Below, piece by piece: positions 19,190 through 28,286 of a stretch of 64,000 nucleotides of DNA. The notes below the pieces were generated by a model. The model saw nothing but the letters and a program-made list of their open reading frames with translations, was not told the DNA's origin and did not search any database. This DNA comes from an uncultured Pseudomonadales bacterium (GTDB lineage Bacteria > Patescibacteriota > Microgenomatia > UBA1400 > CAYNMC01). The DNA is taken from assembly GCA_964398365.1 (NCBI GenBank), contig CAYNMC010000038.1, forward strand, positions 25,727 through 89,726. Direction: 5' to 3'. A program made the position numbers and the translations under genes. Position 1 is the stretch's first letter. Each line of letters opens with the position of its first letter.

Positions 19190-20677
19190 TCAAACTTTTT
19201 CGGTAACCCGATATTCGATATATTTACCAAGCATTAAACGTGTATGAGCATCTAGACCTGGTAAAGCCCCAAATAAAAAGCCGACAACTGGTAAAAAAAT
19301 GAATTCTAATGGTGACAATAACTGGCGCCAACGGGAAACCTCCGTAGGTCTTTTTGGTCGCTGTTGCCAATCAATGATAATTAAAATTAAAATTGAAATT
19401 AAAGAAACAGTTAAAATTGCCGAAGAAACTTGAGGTAGGGTTTTTCCTAAAATGGTTCGGCTAAATTCCTTGTTTAAAAGCGGTGGCAAGGCCGCGCCAA
19501 TGGTAATCGCAAACCAATTAACCGGCCACAAAAAATGATCCTCAATCACTTTAAAAACCCTAAGGGTTTTTTGCCAAAAATTAATCTCTTTGCTAACCAA
19601 CCAATGCCAAATGATATAAGCATCATCGGAAACCCCCCAGGCCCAACGTTTCACCTGTTCATACTGATTAATAATGGTTTTCATAAAAGTTGTTGACTCG
19701 GCAGCATCTTGATAAACTGGTAAAAAAATTGGCTCAACCTGGACTTTGCCTTTAAGTTTAAAAAAGGCTTTAAAAAACAACCGATAATCTTCAGGAATCA
19801 CGTCTGTATCCCAAAACCCAATTTTTCTGAGGAGATTTAAAGATAGCGAATAAGTGGAGAAATTGATGAGTCTGTCTTTCCGCAACAAAAGCCCTAAGTG
19901 AACTACCGAAGCACTGGTATTAAAAACCCGAATTAAAATAGGCACCCGCCAGATATTGTTATAAAAATTAATTGCTGGTTGGAAAATTTTTAAGTGTCTT
20001 TTGGGATCATCAAGAAATTTGTAGGTCAAACAGGCAAAATAATTGGGATGTAAAATTGCATCGGCGTCATTGCTTGTAACAGTAAAATAATCAGGGTCTA
20101 ATTTTTTCTTATCAACCAGCTCCCGGCTGGCAAATTTGGCAGCCCAAGCGGTATTGGAAGATTTACCCTTAACTTCACCCGGTAAATCAGGATGAAAAGT
20201 GGTATAAAAAAAGCCAAAGCTCTCACCAAATTCTTTTTTTAAAATCCTTGCCTTTTTTCTACCAGCTGAACCTTCTCTTTCTTCAAAAGAAAGCACGACG
20301 CAAAGTTTCTTTTGAGGATAAGTTTGCTGCCGCAAACCATTTAAAGTACGTTTCAAAATATGAAGAGGCTCTTTATAAGTAGGAATAATAATTAAATGAT
20401 AAATTTTTTGCCAATCAGGAAAAATTTTCACATCCCCCAACCAGTCAAAACTCTGGTAAGCTTTAACTTTGTAATGACCAAGTAGCGCCAAAAAGGCGAT
20501 TGAAGTTGAACGGTAAAACCAATAAACATCAAAAGCAATAATATAATAAGCCACGATTTCCGGAATAATAAAAGAACCCCAAAAAGGAAAAAGAATCAAA
20601 GACCAAGAAAAAAAACCGGGCAGGATCTCTAATAAACGAAAAATGGTTTTTTTATTTTTAAATAACCATTTAAACAT
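19190..20677 (-). CDS. membrane-embedded family-2 glycosyltransferase, processive (cellulose/chitin-synthase-like)
   Basis: IIPTYKEP, SNDADA and QYEQVKRWAWG (QxxRW), flanked by TM segments. Confidence 0.75.
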   Translation of the reverse strand: MFKWLFKNKKTIFRLLEILPGFFSWSLILFPFWGSFIIPEIVAYYIIAFDVYWFYRSTSIAFLALLGHYKVKAYQSFDWLGDVKIFPDWQKIYHLIIIPTYKEPLHILKRTLNGLRQQTYPQKKLCVVLSFEEREGSAGRKKARILKKEFGESFGFFYTTFHPDLPGEVKGKSSNTAWAAKFASRELVDKKKLDPDYFTVTSNDADAILHPNYFACLTYKFLDDPKRHLKIFQPAINFYNNIWRVPILIRVFNTSASVVHLGLLLRKDRLINFSTYSLSLNLLRKIGFWDTDVIPEDYRLFFKAFFKLKGKVQVEPIFLPVYQDAAESTTFMKTIINQYEQVKRWAWGVSDDAYIIWHWLVSKEINFWQKTLRVFKVIEDHFLWPVNWFAITIGAALPPLLNKEFSRTILGKTLPQVSSAILTVSLISILILIIIDWQQRPKRPTEVSRWRQLLSPLEFIFLPVVGFLFGALPGLDAHTRLMLGKYIEYRVTEKV

Positions 20678-20679
20678 TT

Positions 20680-21486
20680 TTAATCAAGCTTAAATAATCT
20701 AGTAGTGTTTTGACTGGTACATTTAGCTATTTCAGCAAAGGAGTCACCTTTTATTTGGGCAACAAACTGAGTGATAATTTTAAGATTTTGAGGCCGGTTG
20801 GGAAAAATTTTTTGACTTCTGAGGGGTTCTGGCGTTAAAAAAGGAGCATCGGTTTCCAAAAGGATTTTCTGCTTTGGTACTATCTTGATAATTTTTTGCC
20901 ACTGAGGCTGATAGGTAATATTGCCATCAAAACCTACATAAAAACCTTTTTTTAAAACCCAAGTTAAAAATTTTTCATCTCCGGAAAAACAATGAAAAAC
21001 TCCCTTTAAATTTTTAAAATTTTTTAAAACTTTTTTTATCTCTTGCTGAGCTTCTCGACAATGAAAAATTATTGGCAGTTTCATTTCGCGGGCTAATTCA
21101 AGCTGAAGTAAAAAAATTTCTTGCTGAAGGTTTTTAAGTTTTTGGTCAATTTGGCAATTTTGAGACTTTATCTTTTCGTTTTGATGATAGTCTAAACCGC
21201 ACTCGCCAATCGCTACGACTTTGTTATTTTCCGCCAATTTCCTCAACTCATTTTTAATAATTTTTAGCTTTTGCTCTTCTTCCTGACAATGATGAGGGTG
21301 AATACCGACGGCCGCGTAAATGTTTTCATAACTCCTGGCCAGCTCCACGGCTCTTTTTGAAGAAACCAAATCAGCGCCGGGAACAATAATTTTTTGCACA
21401 CCCTCCTCTCTGGCTCTCCACAACACATCATCTAAATTTTTTCTAAAAGCCTTAAAATTTAAATGACAATGACTATCAATTAACAT
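20680..21486 (-). CDS. tatD: TatD-family metal-dependent hydrolase/DNase
   Basis: MLIDSHCHLNF start, IGECGLDY, FHCF and ETDAPFL motifs. Confidence 0.88.
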   Translation of the reverse strand: MLIDSHCHLNFKAFRKNLDDVLWRAREEGVQKIIVPGADLVSSKRAVELARSYENIYAAVGIHPHHCQEEEQKLKIIKNELRKLAENNKVVAIGECGLDYHQNEKIKSQNCQIDQKLKNLQQEIFLLQLELAREMKLPIIFHCREAQQEIKKVLKNFKNLKGVFHCFSGDEKFLTWVLKKGFYVGFDGNITYQPQWQKIIKIVPKQKILLETDAPFLTPEPLRSQKIFPNRPQNLKIITQFVAQIKGDSFAEIAKCTSQNTTRLFKLD

Positions 21487-21507
21487 CGCAAAAAAGTAAC
21501 CTGATTT

Positions 21508-22938
21508 TTATTTAATTCTTGGAAAAAGCGGTTTAACTGGCATGGTAATTTTCTTTTGTTTAAACAGTGAGTCTATTTTTTTTGCCGTTTTTGGTAAAAA
21601 GGGCTGGAGCAAAAAGACCACTTCCTGTAATTCCCTCACTGGTTTTTGTAAAACTCTCCTTAAATCCTCGTCAGTTTTCGTCCAGGGTTTTTCTTCGTTA
21701 AGATATTTATCTATTTTGGCAAGTTTCTCCCAGAGCAAAATAAGTACCTCATTAAACTTATAAGCCGCTAATAAATTCTTAATTTTTGGATAATTTTGAA
21801 TCTTAAAGGCTAAGTTTGAAATTTGAACGCTAAAATTGGCTCTCTCGGCAAGTTTTGCCAATCGTTGAACCAAATTGCCAAGACCGTTGGCTAAATCAGC
21901 ATTATAAACTTCTTGAAAATGTTTAAGATTAAAATCGGCATCATTAAAAGGAGGAAATTCTTTCAGTAAATAATAACGAAGAGCATCAACACCGTAATTC
22001 TCCACTAAAACAAAAGGATCAATCACGTTTCCTAAAGATTTGGAAATCTTCTGACCATCAATGGTAATAAAACCATGAATTAAAATCTGCCTTGAATTAG
22101 GCAAGCCTGCAGACATCAGCATTGCCTGCCACATGGCTGCTTGTTGTCTTAAGTTATCTTTACCAGCTATCTGAACGGCTGGCCACCATTTCTTAAAATT
22201 TCTTGCTTCTGTTGGCCAACCAACAGCAGTTACATAATTAACCAAAGCGTCAAACCAAACATACATCACTTGCTCAGGGTCGCCGGGCACCGGCACTCCC
22301 CAAGGCATCTTTTCCTTAATTCTTGAAATACTAAAATCTTGCAAACCGCTAGCCACGAAATTTTGAATCTCCTTAAAGCGGCTGGAGGGGATTATAAAAT
22401 TAGGGTGTTGGGTATAAAATTTCAAAAGAGGTTCCTGATATTTAGAAAATTTAAAAAAGTAATTCTCCTCTTCGATCATTTCCAAATTACGCTGGGGATG
22501 TAAAGGGCAACGACCTTCAATTAATTCCGAATCGGTTTTTGCGAGTTCACAACCAACACAATATTTAATTTTATATTTGGCTTTATAAATATCGCCCTTT
22601 TGAACACAACGCCGCCAGAATTCTTGTGCAGCCTTAAGATGGCGTTTTTCTGTAGTTCTAATAAAGCTGTTGTAGCTTAAGTTTAAAGCCCCTTTGAGTC
22701 TATTAAATTTTGTCGCCAGTTCATCAACATAAACTTGGGGTGGTTTTTTTGCCTCTTTTGCTTTTTGATAAATTTTTAAACCATGCTCATCTGTTCCCGT
22801 ATTAAAAAAAACCTCATCACCAAGCAAGCGGTGATATCTGGCAAGGACATCTGCCTGAATTAATTCAAGGGCAAAACCCAAATGAGGTTCGGCATTAACA
22901 TATGGCAAGGTAGTAGTAATGTAGAATTTTTTTCCCAT
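21508..22938 (-). CDS. metG: methionine--tRNA ligase (short form, no C-terminal tRNA-binding domain)
   Basis: TTTLPYVNAEPHLGFALE (HIGH-type), zinc knuckle CVGCE...CPLH and KISKSLGN (KMSKS). Confidence 0.95.
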   Translation of the reverse strand: MGKKFYITTTLPYVNAEPHLGFALELIQADVLARYHRLLGDEVFFNTGTDEHGLKIYQKAKEAKKPPQVYVDELATKFNRLKGALNLSYNSFIRTTEKRHLKAAQEFWRRCVQKGDIYKAKYKIKYCVGCELAKTDSELIEGRCPLHPQRNLEMIEEENYFFKFSKYQEPLLKFYTQHPNFIIPSSRFKEIQNFVASGLQDFSISRIKEKMPWGVPVPGDPEQVMYVWFDALVNYVTAVGWPTEARNFKKWWPAVQIAGKDNLRQQAAMWQAMLMSAGLPNSRQILIHGFITIDGQKISKSLGNVIDPFVLVENYGVDALRYYLLKEFPPFNDADFNLKHFQEVYNADLANGLGNLVQRLAKLAERANFSVQISNLAFKIQNYPKIKNLLAAYKFNEVLILLWEKLAKIDKYLNEEKPWTKTDEDLRRVLQKPVRELQEVVFLLQPFLPKTAKKIDSLFKQKKITMPVKPLFPRIK

Positions 22939-23061
22939 AAAAAACTTTCTTCTTGATTATAACAAAATTTATGCCAGAAATCTGGATTAAAATCTGCTAA
23001 AATTAAGCTTAGAAAAATAAAAAAATTTTCTTTTAAAAGGCTTTTGTTTCAGTTTAAAATT

Positions 23062-23133
23062 GGGCTGGTAGCTCAGTGGCAGAGCACTACTCTTATAAAG
23101 TAGGTGTCGATGGTTCGAATCCATCCCAGCCCA
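23062..23133 (+). tRNA. tRNA-Ile with UAU anticodon
   Basis: Hand-folded cloverleaf: GGGCTGG TA GCTC AGTGGCA GAGC A CTACT CTTATAA AGTAG GTGTC GATGG TTCGAAT CCATC CCAGCCC A. All stems are Watson-Crick and anticodon positions 34-36 read TAT. No encoded CCA. Confidence 0.85.
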
Positions 23134-23340
23134 CACTTTTGAAGAAAAAACCATCGGCGATGGCGCCCACCCTGTTTAAAAGCGGTAAAGCCCTTTTTAG
23201 ATAGAAAAGCCGCTAAATATTAATTAAATATTAATTAAATATAGGGAAGTCCAAGTCAAATCTTTTGAAAAAGAATGACTAACTTCCATCACTATGTTTC
23301 GCGCGCCCGATTTTTGCTCGGCTCCGCCGAAGTAATTAGG

Positions 23341-24411
23341 TTAAGCCATTACCTGATTGCGCATTGACGCAGGAAGAAACATCAGTCTAATGTCCCTCAA
23401 ATCTATGCTCCGTACACCACCAAATAATCTAGATACGAGTTGAGAATCAAAAGCATGAAGTTTTTGAAGCCATGAAGGCAATAGCTTAATATCCCAAGTT
23501 GGCAATCCTCGTGCAGCAAGCAATCTCACAAGATGACTTAAGCCTATTAGCGGCGCTTCTCTTAATACTTCTATTTGTTGTCTTTGCTCCTCTGTCAAGT
23601 CAAACTGATTTGGTTTTTCCAAAAGCTTACATAATTGTTGAAAGTGGTGTTTGATTTTTTTGATACGACCCAAAGGCTCCATCTTGGCATATTCTTCTCC
23701 CCCTTGGTTAACATGAAGCACTAAAATTTTATCTCCTGGGTTAACCGTATAAGGTTCAGGTAGCGCCCCACTGCTAATTATGTATGGCTCTCGCCCAATA
23801 TAAACGCATACCTTCGCAACCACACTCCCAACTCTTAATCTATTAACTCCTATTTCCGTTCTGTCGCCAGAAAAAGAGTTAAATTCTGTTTGTTTAACAG
23901 AAGCTAAAAGAGGAACAACCATCGCTTCTGTTTGGGATAGTGTAAATTCACATGAGTTACGTAAAATGTTTGCTAAACTCGGATTGGCTCCAGCCGAAAC
24001 TCCCAAAACAGAGGATAAAACTGCGATGGGCATATGGAATCGATCCTTCTTATCGCTCATCAGCGACAAAGCAAGTCCTGCAGAACTTAACGAAGCTGCT
24101 TGGGTTTGACCGGAAAAGGACAAGCCAAGCGCGCCGGCACTACTAACATCCCCTATTAATTTTCCAAGTTTACCTGGAGAAGTATCGAAGGAACTATTAA
24201 TTAGCAACGAAGACGAAACCATTCCTGAGGCGTCGAGCTGATAAGTTGTTGATCTGTCACCAACAGAAATTAAAGGTACCAACATCAAAAGCAATCCATA
24301 AGGGTGCTGTTTAGTCATTAGTTCTAACCGCAACTTCTCAATTGGATTGAGTTGATGTAATTTATCCACAAAATGATTTAATTTTGGTATACCTTGTTCA
24401 ACACTGGGCAT
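23341..24411 (-). CDS. hypothetical protein (356 aa), no recognisable family
   Basis: Long uninterrupted ORF with Ser/Gly/Leu-rich composition. Appears somewhat more GC-rich than its neighbours by eye. Isolated, with large non-coding flanks on both sides. Confidence 0.6.
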   Translation of the reverse strand: MPSVEQGIPKLNHFVDKLHQLNPIEKLRLELMTKQHPYGLLLMLVPLISVGDRSTTYQLDASGMVSSSLLINSSFDTSPGKLGKLIGDVSSAGALGLSFSGQTQAASLSSAGLALSLMSDKKDRFHMPIAVLSSVLGVSAGANPSLANILRNSCEFTLSQTEAMVVPLLASVKQTEFNSFSGDRTEIGVNRLRVGSVVAKVCVYIGREPYIISSGALPEPYTVNPGDKILVLHVNQGGEEYAKMEPLGRIKKIKHHFQQLCKLLEKPNQFDLTEEQRQQIEVLREAPLIGLSHLVRLLAARGLPTWDIKLLPSWLQKLHAFDSQLVSRLFGGVRSIDLRDIRLMFLPASMRNQVMA

Positions 24412-24947
24412 ATTTTGGGACTTAATGATGGTTGAAGTATATCAAATTTTTCACAGAAAGGCTAAAAAACGGCTTTGTTTTTTCATCTAACGAAATTGTT
24501 ATGTTTTTATCGGAAACAGATTTAAGGGGAGTGCTTTTTGATGGCGCAATCTGACAGAAGAAGTAATTCTTTCTGCATCCCAGAGCTTGCGTCATTTAAG
24601 TTTCCCTTCTTTAAATTTTTGCGTTTTTTGAACCCACTTTCATGGGGCGTCCGATTTTTTACGAGCTTGAAAATCAAGTTTGAAAATGGTGCGGCAAATG
24701 ACTGAAGTTACTCATCGCACTACCCTTGAAGTTCAGTCTGAATATTTTCGCAAAGTGTAAACTTGACAATTAAAGCGGTTAAACAAATAAAGAGAGACAG
24801 TCAAAATTTCTAAAATCCCTAAAACTAAAGAAATTCTTCCCTATATTTAAAATAAAAAGATTTAAAAAGAACAAAGTAATAAAAACTCCCAAGATAAACT
24901 TGTTTTCCCAAGTTGCCTTAAATTATAAAATCATTGACTAAAGCTGG

Positions 24948-25808
24948 TTATAAGGCTGGTGATGGCGTCGCACTGAACGTGGAAATTGGCGAAGGTGAAA
25001 AATTGGCGGGCAAAGAAGGTGAAGCTTTAGGTGAAGCTTGAAGTCTTAAATCCCTTAACTCTTGAATTATCCTTTTTAATTCCTGCCGTAAAGCTTGAAT
25101 TTCTTTATGAATCGTTTGTAGAGTGGCTCGGGCATTTTGTAGAGTGGTTTTATTATCAGGATAACCCTCTGGCGTGAGGGCCATTAAACTTGCCTGAAGG
25201 CTTTGAATTTGGGACTTAAGATTAGCAATTTTATTTTGAATAGTTAAAAGAGCGTCCTCCAAAGATTTTACATCTTTACCTGCAGTCTTGGCTTCCTCAA
25301 GCTTACTTTGTAATTTAGCGATCGTGTCTTTAATTTTTGTTTCTAGAAGATCCAAGGCGGTGTCGCTAGCGGCTAAAAGATGAATTTTAGGTATAAACAA
25401 AGCATAAATACGATAAGCCTTAATGATTGATTGACTGTCGGTTTTAAGCGTCGCTAAATCTGTATCCGCGTTAATTTTATTTTTTAAGTCTTGAAGTTTT
25501 TCAATCTCTGCTTCTACCTGATTAATTAAACTGGTTTTCTGTGTCTCGCTTAATTTTTTAAAAGTCTGAAGGCGTTCACGCAACTTATTTAAAGATTGAA
25601 TTCTGCGTTCAATTTCTTGAAGAGCTCGTTGCCGAAGACGATTCATTATCTGTTCCTGATTTTGAGTTCTCATTAATTCTCTTTCTGGACGTCTTTCTGC
25701 TCCTGACGTTGCCCCAAAAAAATTAACTTCTTGTGCCCACGCTTTTAAAGGGGCCAAAAAAAGCAAAATCAACCAACTCAAAAAAAATAATTTTAAAAAT
25801 TTTTTCAT
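24948..25808 (-). CDS. secreted coiled-coil protein (hypothetical)
   Basis: Signal peptide MKKFLKLFFLSWLILLFLAPLKAWA, then heptad-like Q/E/K/L-rich sequence and a Ser/Pro tail. Confidence 0.65.
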   Translation of the reverse strand: MKKFLKLFFLSWLILLFLAPLKAWAQEVNFFGATSGAERRPERELMRTQNQEQIMNRLRQRALQEIERRIQSLNKLRERLQTFKKLSETQKTSLINQVEAEIEKLQDLKNKINADTDLATLKTDSQSIIKAYRIYALFIPKIHLLAASDTALDLLETKIKDTIAKLQSKLEEAKTAGKDVKSLEDALLTIQNKIANLKSQIQSLQASLMALTPEGYPDNKTTLQNARATLQTIHKEIQALRQELKRIIQELRDLRLQASPKASPSLPANFSPSPISTFSATPSPAL

Positions 25809-25809
25809 T

Positions 25810-26244
25810 TTAAATACCTTCTAAAATCTCAATTTGCTGATCATTTAAACCCTGTCTCGCTTCCTCTTCATCTTTTGCTAACTGATTCAAGCCTTCATCG
25901 ATACCTTTTAAATAATAGTCAAAAACCGGATCGCCTGTTTCCGAAATTGGCGAAGGCGAAGGAGAAGGAAGAGGTAAAGTTAAACCAATCTTTGCCGAAG
26001 CCGAAGGTGACGGCGAGGGGACAACCGCTAATTCCAATTTTTTTTGAAAGTAAAAAAATCCCAAGATGGCACCAGTCAAAACAAAGAAACAAAGAACACC
26101 AATCACCAAAAATTTTCTTAAGGAAGAGGCTGGTTTTATTGATGAAGGCGGTAAAGGTTGAGAAAGAGAAGGGCGTAAAGGTACTTCCGGTGAAGAAGCA
26201 GGTGGTGGAGTATTTGCTGGTGTAAAATTCAGATTTTCTTCCAT
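25810..26244 (-). CDS. single-pass membrane protein with Pro/Ser-rich segments (hypothetical)
   Basis: 144 aa. TM segment FLVIGVLCFFVLTGAILGFFYF. One-nt spacer to the downstream gene. Confidence 0.6.
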   Translation of the reverse strand: MEENLNFTPANTPPPASSPEVPLRPSLSQPLPPSSIKPASSLRKFLVIGVLCFFVLTGAILGFFYFQKKLELAVVPSPSPSASAKIGLTLPLPSPSPSPISETGDPVFDYYLKGIDEGLNQLAKDEEEARQGLNDQQIEILEGI

Positions 26245-26474
26245 GGACTGTTTTAAAGATAATGAAATAATTTGCTTCCGTCAAGGGCGAAATTTTTATC
26301 ATTTTTCAAGTAATTAAGCTTAAGCCTCACTAAAACTTAATCAGTTGTTAATCATTTTAGAAATTATAAATTTTAGCTGAATCCTGACTTTAAATTCTCA
26401 GATAATTTATTTAAGGTGATTGTTATTCAACAGGATTGTGCCCAAGCTTACGAAAGGATATAATTAAACAAATC

Positions 26475-27293
26475 ATGAAGCTTAACAAACTTAAGGCACT
26501 GGCTCAAGAAATCCGCCTTAATCTTATTAAAATGTTGGCTGCGGCTGGTTCTGGACATCCGGCCGGTTCTTTGGGTATTGTCGAAATTTTAACTGCCCTT
26601 TATTTTGGTAATTTATTAAAATATCGGCCTAAAAATCCCCAATGGCCTCAACGTGATCGTTTTTTACTTTCCGCTGGTCATTTATGTCCAGCTTTATATG
26701 CCATTTTAGCCAAGGCTGGTTATTTTGCTCAAGAAGAGCTGTCAACTTTGCGCCAGCTTGGTAGCCGTCTCCAAGGCCACACTCATCGTCAAACACCACC
26801 AGGGGTTGAAATTAGTGCCGGGTCTTTGGGCCAAGGTTTATCCATGGCTTGCGGTATGGCTTTGGCGGCAAAAATGGATAAGCATAACTATCAAGTTGTT
26901 TGTTTAACTTCCGATGGTGAACATGATGAAGGTCAGCTTTGGGAAGCAGTAATGTTTGCTGCTAAATATAAACTAAATAATCTTCTTAATATCGTCGATC
27001 GCAATCATATCCAGATTGATGGCCAAACCGAAATAATTATGCCTCTTGAACCGCTAAGAGAGAAATATAAGGCTTTTAACTGGCGGGTGATTGAAATTAA
27101 CGGTCATAACTTCGGGCAAATCATTAACGCTTATCAAGAAGCTAAAAAAAACAAGAATAAACCCACAGTGATTATTGCTAAAACTATCCCAGGAAAAGGC
27201 GTTTCCTTTATGGAAAATAAGGCAGAGTGGCATGGTAAAACACCAACCGAGGAAGAAGCCAAGAAGGCTATCGAAGAATTAAAAAGTTCATAA
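26475..27293 (+). CDS. transketolase, N-terminal (TPP-binding) subunit
   Basis: GSGHPAGSLG, GSLGQGLSMACGMALA and DGEHDEGQLWEA. Start set at ATG 26475 (MKLNKLK); the track start at 26436 is a TTG. Confidence 0.9.
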   Translation: MKLNKLKALAQEIRLNLIKMLAAAGSGHPAGSLGIVEILTALYFGNLLKYRPKNPQWPQRDRFLLSAGHLCPALYAILAKAGYFAQEELSTLRQLGSRLQGHTHRQTPPGVEISAGSLGQGLSMACGMALAAKMDKHNYQVVCLTSDGEHDEGQLWEAVMFAAKYKLNNLLNIVDRNHIQIDGQTEIIMPLEPLREKYKAFNWRVIEINGHNFGQIINAYQEAKKNKNKPTVIIAKTIPGKGVSFMENKAEWHGKTPTEEEAKKAIEELKSS

Positions 27294-27295
27294 AA

Positions 27296-28282
27296 ATGAA
27301 CAGTCTAAAAGCGACGCGCGCTGGCTTTGGTGAAGCCCTAAACAAATTAGGGGAAATCAACCCTAATGTTGTTGTGGTTTCTGCTGACTTAGCCAGTAGT
27401 TTAAAACTCAGTAATTTCGCTAAAAACTACCCCGAACGCTTCTTTGAGTGTGGTGTGGCAGAAAATAATATGTTAGGGGTGGCTGCGGGCTTAGCTCTTG
27501 CTGGTAAAATTCCTTTTGCCTGTTCTTTTGCCGCTTTTTCTCCGGCTATCAATTGGGCGGTAATTCGTCAAAGCGTTTGTCTTAATCAAGCCAACGTCAA
27601 AATTGTTTCTTCACATGCCGGTTTACTTACCGGCGCGGATGGTGCCAGCCATCAAGCCCTGGAAGACCTGGCGCTCATGCAAGTATTACCTAAAATGACC
27701 GTGGTGGTTCCCGCAGATTTCAATCAAGCTTATACCGCTACCTTAGCCGCTGCCAAAATTAATGGACCTTTATATTTAAGATTAACGCGGCCGGATACAG
27801 AACAGTTAATTGATTTTTCTTTTAAAAAAACTAATCTTTCTCTCAAACCTCACAAATTTCAAATCGGTAAGTGCCAAATCCTTAAAGAAGGTAAAGATTT
27901 AACGATCATTAGCTGCGGGCCGATAATCTTTGAAGCCATTAAAGCAATCAAGCAGTTATCTAATCTAGACATTGAATTAATTAATTGTCATACCTTAAAA
28001 CCTTTGGATAAAAAAACCATCCTAAATTCTGTAAAAAAAACAAGAGCTTGTCTAACCCTTGAAGATCATCAAGTCTTTGGAGGTTTAGGCGCTAGTATTG
28101 CCATGTTCTTAGCGCAAAATTACCCCATACCTTTAAAAATTTTGGCTGTTGAGGACCGCTTTGGCGAGTCAGCAAGGAAAGAAACCGAACTCATCAAAAA
28201 ATTTAATTTAGATAACCAAGCAATTATTAGAGAAATTAAAAAATTCCTCCGCCTCTTTAAATCTAATGATTCGAATCATTAG
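27296..28282 (+). CDS. transketolase, C-terminal (pyrimidine-binding) subunit
   Basis: ERFFECGVAENNMLGVAAGLA and GASHQALEDLALM. Two-nt gap after the N-terminal subunit. Confidence 0.9.
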   Translation: MNSLKATRAGFGEALNKLGEINPNVVVVSADLASSLKLSNFAKNYPERFFECGVAENNMLGVAAGLALAGKIPFACSFAAFSPAINWAVIRQSVCLNQANVKIVSSHAGLLTGADGASHQALEDLALMQVLPKMTVVVPADFNQAYTATLAAAKINGPLYLRLTRPDTEQLIDFSFKKTNLSLKPHKFQIGKCQILKEGKDLTIISCGPIIFEAIKAIKQLSNLDIELINCHTLKPLDKKTILNSVKKTRACLTLEDHQVFGGLGASIAMFLAQNYPIPLKILAVEDRFGESARKETELIKKFNLDNQAIIREIKKFLRLFKSNDSNH

Positions 28283-28286
28283 ATTT
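28259..28286. terminator. 28-bp perfect palindrome shared by the convergent transketolase and ligase 3' ends (possible bidirectional terminator)
   Basis: AAATCTAATGATTCGAATCATTAGATTT is its own reverse complement. It contains both TAG stop codons and encodes KSNDSNH* on both strands. Confidence 0.5.

Noticed and set aside
25875-26302. 116-aa (+) and 127-aa (-) ORFs overlapping 25810..26244
   Set aside because: The chosen frame has a clear TM segment, is 1 nt from the downstream co-directional gene and has a plausible start. The alternatives are low-complexity shadows.
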